Source of the DNA: an uncultured virus (IMG/VR IMGVR_UViG_3300008450_005828)
Taxonomy: Duplodnaviria; Heunggongvirae; Uroviricota; Caudoviricetes
Virus record (IMG/VR): IMGVR_UViG_3300008450_005828
DNA length: 64,000 nt
Strand: one strand, 5' to 3'
Each line of letters opens with the position of its first letter. The stretch's first letter is position 1. Below, one piece after another: positions 19,397 through 29,872 of the stretch. The position numbers were made by a program, and so were the translations under genes. Under the pieces are notes generated by a model that ran no database searches, was not told the DNA's origin, and was given only the letters and a program-made list of their open reading frames with translations.

Positions 19397-20050
19397 ATGA
19401 ATCATATTGATATTAAACAATCTATTATACGCAGTCAACATTGTCAGCGTAATTGGGATCTTTCAAAAGAAATACCCGAAGACGATCTAAATCTTCTAGT
19501 AACTGCTGGAACACAATGTCCAAGCAAACAAAATGTAGCGTTTTATCGACTTCATTTTATAACCAACAGAAATATCATCGAAGAGATTCATGATAATACC
19601 AAAGGGTTTGTTGTTACATTAGAACCAACACCCGAGTACACTACAAATACACAAACTCTAGCAAATCTTTTAGTTGTTTTTGAAAAATACGAAAATCTAA
19701 ACAATGACAAAGATTCAACAAGAAATGATCAAACTAGAGCAATAACCACTAATTCCGTTGATTCGTATCAAGCCACAAAGACGTTAGAAAGAGATAGAAA
19801 TCTTGCTGTAGGTGTAGCCGCAGGATATTTAAATCTTACTGCTAGCATTTTAGGCTATTCAACTGGGTGTTGTTCTTGTTTTAATCAAGATAAAGTTAAA
19901 GAGTATCTTAGTCTTGAAAATGATGTCTTACTTTTAATGGGTATAGGTTTTAAAAATCAAAGTCTTAATAGAAGAATATCACACGTTGATAACTCTTATA
20001 TTTTTCCGACAAAGACAAAACAGCCTATTGAAGTAAAATTCATTAAATAA
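19397..20050 (+). CDS. nitroreductase-family flavoprotein
   Basis: RSQHCQRNW...PSKQN...GVAAGYLNLTASILGYSTG...LLMGIG. TAAATA at 19371 and a GGAG RBS upstream. Confidence 0.75.
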   Translation: MNHIDIKQSIIRSQHCQRNWDLSKEIPEDDLNLLVTAGTQCPSKQNVAFYRLHFITNRNIIEEIHDNTKGFVVTLEPTPEYTTNTQTLANLLVVFEKYENLNNDKDSTRNDQTRAITTNSVDSYQATKTLERDRNLAVGVAAGYLNLTASILGYSTGCCSCFNQDKVKEYLSLENDVLLLMGIGFKNQSLNRRISHVDNSYIFPTKTKQPIEVKFIK

Positions 20051-20052
20051 AT

Positions 20053-21099
20053 TTAAGTTTTTAAAAAACTCAATTCTGGTATAAAGTCATTTATTGACTT
20101 TTGAAGCACATTGTCTTGACTTGCCGTAGTTTCAATTAATTTAGAGAGTAACTCAGTGTCGTGATTGTAATTTTTTAAAAATTCTTCAGTTTCTTTGCAC
20201 ATATGTTTTTCAATATACCATTGAGGTAAAGCATTTATCGAAAATTCCAAAGGATATGTAATAGGAAAAATATTATAGTATAATCCGTAATCTTGACATA
20301 ATTTGTTTATATTTTCTATATCATGATAATTATAGGCTTGCAAAACTGTATGAACATATCTTTCACTGTTATCGTTTCTTTTATTAATATAGTTTTCCCA
20401 CTTATCTAGATTTCTTTTTATAGTTTCCCATTTGCTTCCATCTCTAATATATTCGTTTGTTAATCCAGTACCGTCAATACTATATCCAATTATAAAACTG
20501 TCTATATTTGTAAAATGTTTTAAATATTTTTCAGGAGGAACTGTTAAATTTGTGTTTACATAAAAAGAAATTTTATTTTCTTTATTTTTTTCGATAAACT
20601 CAAATATATGAAACACTTCATCAGTTATTAATGGTTCTCCACCTAGATATTTTATAATTTTAATATCTTTACTTTTTATCTTAGATAGAACGTTTTCTAA
20701 ATTATAATAAGACACAGGTATATTGCTGCCTCCTAAAGTTTTTTGCCACAAACTACTATGTCTAGAATCACACATTCTACATTGATTATTACATTTATTA
20801 CTAACAGACAACTCTAACATTTCAAAAGTGTTTAAGTCAGATTTACAATAAAAATCATAAGAATCTTTTACAGAATGTAATCCTAGTTCGATGTGTTTTT
20901 TACAGTTGTAGCAACCCGGATCCCATGAATTGCCCTCCATATTTTTTCTTATATTTGCTATATATTCGGAATGTAAAAAGTCATCCGGAGACATATCATT
21001 TACAGAAATTTTACTTATACCTTTGTACGAACAGCATGGTTTATAAAAACCACTGAGTTCTATACACACTTGATTATGAAGGGCTTTACAGATTGGCAT
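20053..21099 (-). CDS. radical SAM protein with N-terminal Cys-rich (Twitch/SPASM-like) segment, subfamily A
   Basis: CNNQCRMC, GGEP and SIDG, with N-terminal C...PCC...CYNC. Confidence 0.88.
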   Translation of the reverse strand: MPICKALHNQVCIELSGFYKPCCSYKGISKISVNDMSPDDFLHSEYIANIRKNMEGNSWDPGCYNCKKHIELGLHSVKDSYDFYCKSDLNTFEMLELSVSNKCNNQCRMCDSRHSSLWQKTLGGSNIPVSYYNLENVLSKIKSKDIKIIKYLGGEPLITDEVFHIFEFIEKNKENKISFYVNTNLTVPPEKYLKHFTNIDSFIIGYSIDGTGLTNEYIRDGSKWETIKRNLDKWENYINKRNDNSERYVHTVLQAYNYHDIENINKLCQDYGLYYNIFPITYPLEFSINALPQWYIEKHMCKETEEFLKNYNHDTELLSKLIETTASQDNVLQKSINDFIPELSFLKT

Positions 21100-22211
21100 T
21101 AGTGTTTTCTTTTTGGTATTTTACTGTCAGCCGAACTAACACAACTATCAGTTATACAGGGCATTGGATTAGAAAACAATTTAAATCCTGTTTCAATGTT
21201 TCCTAATGGAACATCTGAACAACTGTAACTACGTTTTATACTTCCGTCAGGTTCTCTGATAATAATTCCTTGATACCCAGCATTGCAATTCCAGCCTTTA
21301 AATTTATTAAAATTAAAAGCATTAAATCTTTCGGCTTGATCCATGTACCATTTTTTTCCTGTAGAATCTAAAAATTCTACTTGAAAATGGCTAGGAACAT
21401 TTGAATCATTATTAACTAAAGCGTGTTTAGGTAGTTCAAAATTAGGTCTAGGACGGTCGTTCCATTTACGCTTTGTTTCTGTATAAGCACGCTGCGGCAT
21501 ACCGTTGTGTAAACGTTTTAGATTGTCATCTGTGTATCCATCTACTACTCGGCTTGCTGTAGGGTCGCTTTGAGGCTTTAGCGTTACGTTTATGCCCTGC
21601 TCGTGGAAGAATAGTGCATTGTCCCAATCACGTTCAAACCATTCGGGTACCATAACCATGTTGATAGTAACTTGAACATCGTGTTCTTGACATAATATCA
21701 GTTTGTCTGCAAAATCCTGCATCTTTGCTGTTGTATCTAAATGTTCAGTGTGCAAACTTGCTGTAATGCTTGCTCTGTGAAACGGCTTGACTTTTTCTAC
21801 ATAATCTTCAAACCAGCGCACAGGTCTACTACAATTCGATGTCATATGTACACTAGTATAATTGGTATTGTCAACATCATCTGCTAGATGTTTTAGTATG
21901 TCTAAGTATCCAGGATGAAATGTAGGCTCACCACCACTTAACGAAAAGTGAAAACTATTAAATCCATTGTCACGAGCCTGACGCTTTATTTCGTCGATGG
22001 TTTTGAGACATAACTCTGTAGGTCTATGATCTTTTCTGTCAGATCTTGCATAGGGCCAGCAGTATGAGCATCTGTAGTTGCAGTATCTTCCAAGGAGCCA
22101 AGATACAGTAAATAAGTCTCTATATAAGAGTGTCCGCTGGCCGACTTGTATAATGTCGTCAAACGGAATCTTGGTAAAATCATAATTACTCCATTTTAAA
22201 TCTTCATTCAT
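21099..22211 (-). CDS. radical SAM protein with C-terminal Twitch/SPASM-like domain, subfamily B
   Basis: WLLGRYCNYRCSYC and SGGEPT, with C-terminal CNAG...SC...GN...C...C. Confidence 0.9.
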   Translation of the reverse strand: MNEDLKWSNYDFTKIPFDDIIQVGQRTLLYRDLFTVSWLLGRYCNYRCSYCWPYARSDRKDHRPTELCLKTIDEIKRQARDNGFNSFHFSLSGGEPTFHPGYLDILKHLADDVDNTNYTSVHMTSNCSRPVRWFEDYVEKVKPFHRASITASLHTEHLDTTAKMQDFADKLILCQEHDVQVTINMVMVPEWFERDWDNALFFHEQGINVTLKPQSDPTASRVVDGYTDDNLKRLHNGMPQRAYTETKRKWNDRPRPNFELPKHALVNNDSNVPSHFQVEFLDSTGKKWYMDQAERFNAFNFNKFKGWNCNAGYQGIIIREPDGSIKRSYSCSDVPLGNIETGFKLFSNPMPCITDSCVSSADSKIPKRKH

Positions 22212-22216
22212 AATTT

Positions 22217-22244
22217 ATTATAACGTCTTTTTTTAAATAGTCAA
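22217..22244 (-). promoter_or_regulatory. sigma70-type promoter directly abutting the start codon (leaderless-like)
   Basis: Minus strand: TTGACT(22244-22239), 16 nt, TATAAT(22222-22217), then 5 nt to ATG 22211. Confidence 0.5.
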
Positions 22245-23431
22245 TATGTGTAGTTTTCAATTTTCATTTCTTTAAAACTATGCTTCCATGATATGTTTCG
22301 TGCGGTGTCTAGGTCATTTAGATAAGAAATGAATGTTTTTCCGTATTCGTTCCATAAATCTTTTTCAAACATGTGATTAACATAAAATTCTATTTTGTCT
22401 GTGTCATCAAAATTGTATCGATTTATTTTTTCTTTGATAATTTGTTTTAATTCTACGGGTAACACTTGAGCACTCATGTGAATCGGCCATTCTACATGAT
22501 TACAAAGAATAAATTTTATATCTGGAAAATTAAATTTTATGTAATCATACGTCTCAACTAGATAAAACATACTTATATTTGAGCAGGTCCACTGTACCCC
22601 AACATCAAAGTTACTATACTGTTTTGCATATTGTTGTATTAATTCGAGTTTCTTTTTAAATGTTTCCCATTTAATAGGAAATCTAAAATATTCTCCAGGA
22701 ATATCAATAGCGTCAACACTTAATCTAATTACAACACTTTCAAATTTAGATAGTTGATTAAGTATCTTTTCAGTTAACAATGTTCCGTTACTGACATAGT
22801 GAAGTGTTATTTTACTTGCGTGTTCTGTTTTTGAAATTTCTTCGATAAATTTATTGTGTTGTTTATTAGCAAATGGCTCTCCACCTAAAAAGTTAAACTT
22901 TTTTGTTTGATGTAGATTTTCTTTTATATTATCCCATATAAAACTATCTTGTTCTATCCACTTGTTATCTATGTTATACGATTCTGTATTAGGATATTTG
23001 TTTAATAGGGACTTGTCTTCGTTCCATTTGCTGCTAGCGCCGGTGCCGCAATGTATACACTTCAAATTACAAATTGTGCCAACACGAATATCAATATTAG
23101 GTGGGTAATACGGAACACTGCCATCGGATTTAGTTTCATTGATGAGATGTTTGTTTGTTTCGTAATGGTATTTGTTTTCTTCTAATCGTTTACTATGACC
23201 ATTTAAACTTTCAACGTACTCGCAACGCTTACAGTTCTCTGGCCATTTTCCGTTTAAAAAATCTATACGTATTTTTTTAAAATAATCATTGTTCCATTCG
23301 TTTTCTATACTACTACCTTTTAACTTGACTTGTGCATCTTTTACAACTGCCTGATCTGCATAGCCGCAAGTTCGAGGACGACCGAATGTGTTGGTGCTAA
23401 AATTTATCCAAGGAAGTATGCAAGGTTTCAT
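22241..23431 (-). CDS. radical SAM protein, subfamily A
   Basis: CILPW...CKRC, CNLKCIHC and GGEP. Confidence 0.9.
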   Translation of the reverse strand: MKPCILPWINFSTNTFGRPRTCGYADQAVVKDAQVKLKGSSIENEWNNDYFKKIRIDFLNGKWPENCKRCEYVESLNGHSKRLEENKYHYETNKHLINETKSDGSVPYYPPNIDIRVGTICNLKCIHCGTGASSKWNEDKSLLNKYPNTESYNIDNKWIEQDSFIWDNIKENLHQTKKFNFLGGEPFANKQHNKFIEEISKTEHASKITLHYVSNGTLLTEKILNQLSKFESVVIRLSVDAIDIPGEYFRFPIKWETFKKKLELIQQYAKQYSNFDVGVQWTCSNISMFYLVETYDYIKFNFPDIKFILCNHVEWPIHMSAQVLPVELKQIIKEKINRYNFDDTDKIEFYVNHMFEKDLWNEYGKTFISYLNDLDTARNISWKHSFKEMKIENYTY

Positions 23432-23470
23432 ATTGTTATTTAGTAGTTAACTACGCATATAAATATTTTC
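23432..23470. promoter_or_regulatory. back-to-back TAAATA promoters, each 5 nt from an ATG
   Basis: Minus TAAATA (23442-23437), N5, ATG 23431. Plus TATAAATA (23458-23465), N5, ATG 23471. Palindrome GTAGTTAACTAC lies between them. Confidence 0.6.
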
Positions 23471-24316
23471 ATGAGAGATAACGTAACAAGAGAGTATACT
23501 AAAGAATGGTTACAAACTGACAGGCCGCAACCTATGTACAGTAATAAAATTAACGAGTTTTACGATAATTTTTATAAAGAAAATCCAGTACATACCGCAG
23601 ATTTAGACTCGATTTTTAAAGAAACATTTGTTAATTGGCTTAAAAATCATCAGTATAGTAAATTTAAAGGTGTAGATGTTTTTAAAAGATTAGACATTAT
23701 AAACGGCTGTACTCAATATATCGATGATCTTTATCAACGCTGCGGTTCGTTACAAACTTTTGAAAACGACTATAAGTATCATTATAGATTAAATCCTAAT
23801 ATAACTTATACTACTATTGATACATTAGATCCAAATAAAGAGTTGTTAATTTCAATGCCGTTTCCGTACTACGGTGATGTACATCCAGAAATGACAGAAA
23901 TTTTAAATACTTGCTATAAACTAAAAATACCTGTACACATCGATGGTGCTTGGATAAGTTGTATTCGAGATATCGAATTCGACTTTGACCACCCTGCTAT
24001 TCAAACATTTGGTATTAGTTTAAGCAAGGGAGGGCTAGGTGGAAATAGAATAGGGGTGCGGTTTGCAAGAAATACTCCACTAGGTGCAGTAACTATAATG
24101 AACGACTTTAATATGAATAGTCAAGCATTGGTTAGTATGGGTATTAAATTTATGGAAACATTTGGCCCAGAATATTTTTGGAAAACATATAACGAAGAAT
24201 ATAAAAAAGTAATAACTGACTTTCAACTGTTGCCGACTAAATCTATACATTTAGCCAAAACTGCCGCTGGCAAACCTGTTGGTATTAGACCATTGTTAAG
24301 ATTTTTGAAAAAATAG
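23471..24316 (+). CDS. short PLP-dependent (fold type I) transferase-like protein
   Basis: IPVHIDGAW and SLSKG (PLP lysine), then RIGVRF. Paralog of 45122-46027. Confidence 0.65.
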   Translation: MRDNVTREYTKEWLQTDRPQPMYSNKINEFYDNFYKENPVHTADLDSIFKETFVNWLKNHQYSKFKGVDVFKRLDIINGCTQYIDDLYQRCGSLQTFENDYKYHYRLNPNITYTTIDTLDPNKELLISMPFPYYGDVHPEMTEILNTCYKLKIPVHIDGAWISCIRDIEFDFDHPAIQTFGISLSKGGLGGNRIGVRFARNTPLGAVTIMNDFNMNSQALVSMGIKFMETFGPEYFWKTYNEEYKKVITDFQLLPTKSIHLAKTAAGKPVGIRPLLRFLKK

Positions 24317-25379
24317 GATCAAGGTCTAATAAATTTGTATTTCTTATGTTGTCATGCCAACTGTTGAATTCTTTGTATCGTATAAGTTCATTTATATTAA
24401 ATTTGTAATTTTTAAATCTATCAACTAATTTATCCGATATAGGATGTTTTAAAGATTGCAAATATTCTATTTTTTGTTCTCTAATATCGTCAGGTATGCA
24501 GTCAACCTTTCCTGGAACTGCTCCAAACATAGGATTCATGTGTACTTTATCAGAATCAAACTGAAAAAAGTATTCTATCCAGTCTTCAACTAGCACAAAA
24601 TTTACCATTTGAATACACATGTTAATACTGTAATTATTTGCAGATTTTATTATTTTATGAATGTTTTTTTCAACATTATACCATTTTGCACCTGTTCTTA
24701 TATACTCATAAGATTTTCCAGCGCCGTCTAAACTTAAATTTATGTTGACCTCTTTAAATTGTTTCACTCGACTCATCCACGGGTTATTAACACTTGTACA
24801 ATTAGTTGTATACTGCAAGCGAACAGTTTCTGTCATACCGGTCTCTATAAAATAATCTAAAATAGGAAAGAGATTTTTGTTAACTGTTGGTTCGCCACCT
24901 AATATAGCAAGATGTCTTAAACTAGATAAATCAAAGTCTAACACGTCATTGGTATCTCTTTTTTCAATAGGCTTTATCAAATTATGTAAAACTCGTTCTT
25001 CTTCGATGAGGCTGCTACTACTCGGGCTACACATTCTACATTTTAAATTACACAAATTATCCGGCCTATAATCTAATTTGTTTATTTTTCCTATTTCATA
25101 CTTATTATTTTTTACGTTTTTATCAATAAAATTTCTAGCCGACAAGATGCCATGTGACTCAGTATTAATACATTCTTGACAACTAAAAGCAATAAAACTT
25201 GTATCGTGTGTTTCCATTGCAAGTTTTATTTTATCCAAATATTCACTATCTTGGTAATCTTTAACTTTTCCTTTATATTTTTCTCCCCTCCATTCACAAC
25301 ACGGAGACGTTCCGCCGCCACTATATACTCCACTGTATTGGATTGTTGTCCAAGGTGCATAGCAAAAAGGTTTATTCAT
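24285..25379 (-). CDS. radical SAM protein, subfamily A
   Basis: FCYAPW...PCC...CQEC, CNLKCRMC and GGEP. Confidence 0.9.
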   Translation of the reverse strand: MNKPFCYAPWTTIQYSGVYSGGGTSPCCEWRGEKYKGKVKDYQDSEYLDKIKLAMETHDTSFIAFSCQECINTESHGILSARNFIDKNVKNNKYEIGKINKLDYRPDNLCNLKCRMCSPSSSSLIEEERVLHNLIKPIEKRDTNDVLDFDLSSLRHLAILGGEPTVNKNLFPILDYFIETGMTETVRLQYTTNCTSVNNPWMSRVKQFKEVNINLSLDGAGKSYEYIRTGAKWYNVEKNIHKIIKSANNYSINMCIQMVNFVLVEDWIEYFFQFDSDKVHMNPMFGAVPGKVDCIPDDIREQKIEYLQSLKHPISDKLVDRFKNYKFNINELIRYKEFNSWHDNIRNTNLLDLDPIFSKILTMV

Positions 25380-26527
25380 ATCTCTTCTAATTTCCATCCA
25401 ACAACATCCCATGTGTTACAATTTCTATAAGAATCAGTCATTGCAACATGAGATTTTAATAAATTTAATTCTTTAGGGTTGTTTGCGTTCTTTAAAATAA
25501 AAATTAATTCGTTAATCTGTTCTATCTCTACGTCAGTGTAATCTACAAATATAGTACTTTCTATATCTGCTATAGCCTTATCTCTTGCCCGTTTCGGAGT
25601 ATTATCAATACTATACCAAGGTGCTCCGTTAAGCCAACTAAATCCTATCTTAAATCTAGTATCGTAATTTGTATATTCTTTAAACCAAATGATACTTTCA
25701 CTTAAATTTAAAACGTTTAAGTTATGAGGAACTATAACAAATTCGCAAGTTATCCACGGATACTTTTTAAGAATATCAATTTTTGATAAGACGTCATTCC
25801 ATTTTAAGGGCCATCTTAAATATTCGTAAAAATCTTTTCCTACTCCGTCGATACTAAAGTTTATATGTACATGCTCGAATTCTTTTAGCTTAACAATTTG
25901 TTCCTCTGTAAAACTTCCGTTAGTTGTTATATTAAGTCCTGGCAATTTTTTACCAGACTCAATTAAACCATCTATAAGTTTATCAAAATGAACATTTATA
26001 AAAGGTTCGCCACCACTGATTTCAATTTTTCGAATAGTGTCTGCGATTGAAATTATATCATTGTTTATATTACGATACCAAGTCTTTGTTTTATTCCATA
26101 CATGTTTTTTACTTATTAAATTCAAAAGTTCTTGATCAGTAACGTTATCTTTCATTTCTCTATACTGTTTTTCAATTAAACTACTTCTACTCGAGTTGCA
26201 TATACGACATGCAGTATTGCATTGATTGCCGTAAGTAATCATAATATGTTCTATTCCGTTGTTGGGTTTATTTTCATAGTATGCATTTCTTTTTTCACGC
26301 ATACTTTTAGATCCATTGTTTTCTTGTTTCCAACAAAAATTGCATCCACTTGTTTTATGATTGTTGTTTAACTGGTTTTTTAAATTTTTTAACCAATCAC
26401 TATTTAAGTATTCATTAAAACTTGTCATTTCTGGTCTAATACCTACATATTGACAACACGGTCCCAAGTTTCCTCTACTATCGAAATGTATTTGTTTATA
26501 AGGTTCGCTACAAAATGTGTGTGACAT
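25376..26527 (-). CDS. radical SAM protein, subfamily A
   Basis: FCSEPY...PCC...CNFC, CNTACRIC and GGEP. Confidence 0.9.
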   Translation of the reverse strand: MSHTFCSEPYKQIHFDSRGNLGPCCQYVGIRPEMTSFNEYLNSDWLKNLKNQLNNNHKTSGCNFCWKQENNGSKSMREKRNAYYENKPNNGIEHIMITYGNQCNTACRICNSSRSSLIEKQYREMKDNVTDQELLNLISKKHVWNKTKTWYRNINNDIISIADTIRKIEISGGEPFINVHFDKLIDGLIESGKKLPGLNITTNGSFTEEQIVKLKEFEHVHINFSIDGVGKDFYEYLRWPLKWNDVLSKIDILKKYPWITCEFVIVPHNLNVLNLSESIIWFKEYTNYDTRFKIGFSWLNGAPWYSIDNTPKRARDKAIADIESTIFVDYTDVEIEQINELIFILKNANNPKELNLLKSHVAMTDSYRNCNTWDVVGWKLEEI

Positions 26528-26529
26528 GA

Positions 26530-27234
26530 TTAATCTTTAAATTGTAAATATTCTGCTTGTTTATTATATATGTTGTAATCATTTCTAAAAGAAATCTTTT
26601 TAAATTTTTCTTTATATGTAAGACAGTGTTGATATAAATTGTCAACATCAAATTGTGGTTTAGCTAATACTACTGTCTCGTCTGCTGTTAAAATTATTTT
26701 TAATTTATTTTTTTCTATAAAACTTAGTACATCAAACAGTCTATTAAAGGCACCATTGGGTCTAATGTCATCTATTAAAATAACTAAATTATCAAAACTA
26801 TTAGTTAATATTGTGTCTATAGTGTCTTGTGTGTTTAATAAATCACAATCAATTCTAATTACTTCTACATTTTTAAGACTTTCTTTAAAATTTGAAATGT
26901 CACCATCAAATATTTTGTAATTTATATTACTGTTTGTACTTTTTATAAAACTTTCTAAATCCTTAATATTTTTTGGCCAATAATAATCAACAAATAATTT
27001 ATCGTAACCGTGTTTGCACCAAGAAAAATCTTCAACTAAATTATAACGTGTGTTATTATTAGAAAATTCATGTAATCCAAGGCACCACGACCCTCGGCCG
27101 GCTCCTAATTCCCAAACAGACATAGGATTTAGATAATTCAATAATAGAAGATGTGTTTTAAAATCACAATTACCTGTCATAATTTTATACTTGTTTATAG
27201 TGTAACTTATTTTATTTTTAGAAAGATCTAGCAT
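26530..27234 (-). CDS. class I SAM-dependent methyltransferase-like protein
   Basis: VWELGAGRG motif I, IRIDCD and ILIDD. Confidence 0.65.
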   Translation of the reverse strand: MLDLSKNKISYTINKYKIMTGNCDFKTHLLLLNYLNPMSVWELGAGRGSWCLGLHEFSNNNTRYNLVEDFSWCKHGYDKLFVDYYWPKNIKDLESFIKSTNSNINYKIFDGDISNFKESLKNVEVIRIDCDLLNTQDTIDTILTNSFDNLVILIDDIRPNGAFNRLFDVLSFIEKNKLKIILTADETVVLAKPQFDVDNLYQHCLTYKEKFKKISFRNDYNIYNKQAEYLQFKD

Positions 27235-27325
27235 AATATAATCCTGTCGTTTTTGTTATTGTCTAAGAAAATTAAGCAATATCTATAAAACAATTACATA
27301 CTTAACTTGTTGTTTATAGATATCG

Positions 27326-27925
27326 TCATATGTCTATTCGTTTCATTACCCAAAATCTAGCATCAGGATCTGTATATAATTTATAATTATTAAAATTTTT
27401 AGAATAAAATTTACATATTGCTTTTAGAACTCCGGGTTGACTTTGGGCAAAGTCATCTCCACATATTACAGGAATTCCATTAAAATAATTTAATTCGTTT
27501 AATACGTTTTCTTGACTATGATCATCATCTAAATAAACAATATCATAAGATTTTGGTGCGGCTAAATACTTGCCTGTATAAATGTGTTTTAATTTTTTAA
27601 AATTTTTGTTTTGTTTTAAATTATACAACAATATTTCTTTTTGATTATAATCGGGAAAAATCTGTCCTATGTGATTATAATAATTTTCATCATAAATTTT
27701 AATTTTGCTATATCTCCTTGAGTACGCCCAATTATCTAAAATTTCTAAAGAGCCGTCGTTGGTATCAGTTATACAATCTAACCATGCCCACGATCCTCTA
27801 CCCCACGCACATCCAATTTCTAAAATTTTAGGTTTATAATAAAACCAATTAACAATTTTTTGATACCACTCATGTTGAAGTTCGGTTGTTTCTCCGGGTA
27901 TATCCATTGCTTTTGTTATTATCAT
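27326..27925 (-). CDS. class I SAM-dependent methyltransferase (Methyltransf_24-like)
   Basis: ILEIGCAWGRG, VYLDDDHS and CGDDF. The start may be 27955 or 27925. Confidence 0.75.
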   Translation of the reverse strand: MIITKAMDIPGETTELQHEWYQKIVNWFYYKPKILEIGCAWGRGSWAWLDCITDTNDGSLEILDNWAYSRRYSKIKIYDENYYNHIGQIFPDYNQKEILLYNLKQNKNFKKLKHIYTGKYLAAPKSYDIVYLDDDHSQENVLNELNYFNGIPVICGDDFAQSQPGVLKAICKFYSKNFNNYKLYTDPDARFWVMKRIDI

Positions 27926-27927
27926 GT

Positions 27928-28821
27928 TTACATCTTCTCTTGTTCTTTGCGCCATTCTATTAATAGATCCTCATCCAATTCGATCATAAACATCATAAGT
28001 AGACCCATTTTACTGTTCCATGTCTTTTTATGTTCGCCGCCTTTGGTGCCTTCGTTTGTTGCGTGTAATTGCACAGCATCAAATATACACGGAGATCCCG
28101 GGGTCCAATCAAATACTGATTCAGGGTTTAAACCTTGTAATCTACGATAAGGAGTATTCATATACTTGTTATAAAAATCTTTGTCAAACGGCTCGTCGGA
28201 CTGCGGTATAGGGTTGCCATCTCTGTCATAAAATTGAAGGTGTTTATAGTCGGTTACAATTTCGTAAATACTGGCAATATTTTTAGTTTCGGCACCGCCG
28301 TTGTAAACTTTAGCCCATCCTATATCACGTTCTTCGAAGAAGACTATCTGTCCGCCGTCTATTGTATCAAGATGTGTTCCTATCCATAATGGTGTAATAA
28401 TATTTTTCCACGTGGTATATTTTCTTTGAGGATGGTTTAAAGGCACATGCTCTAGCATGTTTTTATAACCTTTTTCACGCATTGCATCTTGGTGCAACCC
28501 ATACTGCTGGGGAGTAATAAAATAGTTGCCGCCAATTACTGGAGTTTTTTCAGCAGTTGTGCCTAATGCTGCATCAAACTTTTCTTTATAACGCTGATAT
28601 ATTTTGCTCATATCAACATCAATGATTACTGTCCCATTTTTGTTTAATCTAGGAACATTGTAGTCTGCTGTAAAAGCATTTTTCCAAAGCCAATCAAGTT
28701 CTTTTTCATCCCACATATTTTCAATACATGCGGCTTTGCTCGAATGTCTACGAACATTTTCTATAGCAATAGGATGGTCCATCGGTAGTTGATAATATCC
28801 CGGTTCGTCAATTCGACTCAT
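27928..28821 (-). CDS. Fe(II)/2OG-type oxygenase-like protein
   Basis: YGLHQDA...GGQIVFF...IFDAVQLHAT...K, giving an HxD...H triad. Confidence 0.65.
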   Translation of the reverse strand: MSRIDEPGYYQLPMDHPIAIENVRRHSSKAACIENMWDEKELDWLWKNAFTADYNVPRLNKNGTVIIDVDMSKIYQRYKEKFDAALGTTAEKTPVIGGNYFITPQQYGLHQDAMREKGYKNMLEHVPLNHPQRKYTTWKNIITPLWIGTHLDTIDGGQIVFFEERDIGWAKVYNGGAETKNIASIYEIVTDYKHLQFYDRDGNPIPQSDEPFDKDFYNKYMNTPYRRLQGLNPESVFDWTPGSPCIFDAVQLHATNEGTKGGEHKKTWNSKMGLLMMFMIELDEDLLIEWRKEQEKM

Positions 28822-29872
28822 TGTTATTCTCCATAAAATTATACAATAATGGCACTACGTTTTTTAAATGCAATCCAGTAATGTTATCTATCGTCTTTGT
28901 AAATTTAGTCAATTCTGCAAATTTATTATTGTTTTTAATACTTTTAAAATATTTTTGATTGTAATTATCTTTGATAATTTCTAAATAGTCCAACGGTAAC
29001 GTGTGTACACTTAAAAATTCAGGAACTACTAGCAAACTACTGTAATGTTTTAAAGATAGACTATTTGCGAGTTCTTTAACATTTTTCATGTCATGTAAGT
29101 TATATGCTTGTACAGTACTATAAACATTTACATCGTAATCTGTTTTAGACCACTTTATAATATTTTTTTCAATAGTATTCCACATCTTTCCGTATCTAAT
29201 ATAATCGTTAACTAATCCAACACCGTCGATGCTAAGTTCTATTGTTACTTTTTTAAATTTATCTAAGTAATGTAACCATTTTGTAGGAAAAAGTGTACAG
29301 TTGGTATTACATTCAAATTCAATGTTTTGTATTATTCCTTTTATTTCTAAAAATTCAAACAGTTCTTTTATTTCTGGAGTTATAAATGGTTCTCCTCCTA
29401 GGTATTTAATTTTTTTTAACTTAGACAAATCAATCGTTGAAAATATTTTTTCTACACTAATAGTTGGTTGAATAGTTGTAGTATAATAATCATTTAATAC
29501 TTGGTTGTCAGTTACTAATTTATTCCAAAAAGTACTGTAAGTAGGAGAACACATCTTACAAGCAAGATTGCAGTTATTACTTAAACTAATCTCAACATAT
29601 TCAATATCCGAACTACCTGATAAAGTTTTATTTAACACTTCTCGTAAACTTGTTTGTCCTCGCTCTTCTTCTTCTTTGCATTTTTTACAACCAGACGACC
29701 ATCCGGAAAACATATCTGATTTAATAGATTTATAAAAATCACTGTCTTGATATGATTTAAAATCGACTTGGTTTATATCCACCAAAGGAAAATTATTAAA
29801 CCGACAACAGGGCCGCCAACTTGCTGCTACTGTAATACACATATGATTTGTCAACGCATTACAAAATGGCAT
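28808..29872 (-). CDS. radical SAM protein, subfamily A
   Basis: PCC...CKKC, CNLACKMC, GGEP and SIDG. Confidence 0.9.
   Translation of the reverse strand: MPFCNALTNHMCITVAASWRPCCRFNNFPLVDINQVDFKSYQDSDFYKSIKSDMFSGWSSGCKKCKEEEERGQTSLREVLNKTLSGSSDIEYVEISLSNNCNLACKMCSPTYSTFWNKLVTDNQVLNDYYTTTIQPTISVEKIFSTIDLSKLKKIKYLGGEPFITPEIKELFEFLEIKGIIQNIEFECNTNCTLFPTKWLHYLDKFKKVTIELSIDGVGLVNDYIRYGKMWNTIEKNIIKWSKTDYDVNVYSTVQAYNLHDMKNVKELANSLSLKHYSSLLVVPEFLSVHTLPLDYLEIIKDNYNQKYFKSIKNNNKFAELTKFTKTIDNITGLHLKNVVPLLYNFMENNNESN

Noticed and set aside
27235..27325. Possible small peptide gene in the gap between the two methyltransferases
   Set aside because: Only an 11-codon minus-strand ORF (MTISINNKLSM) is present, with no supporting features.
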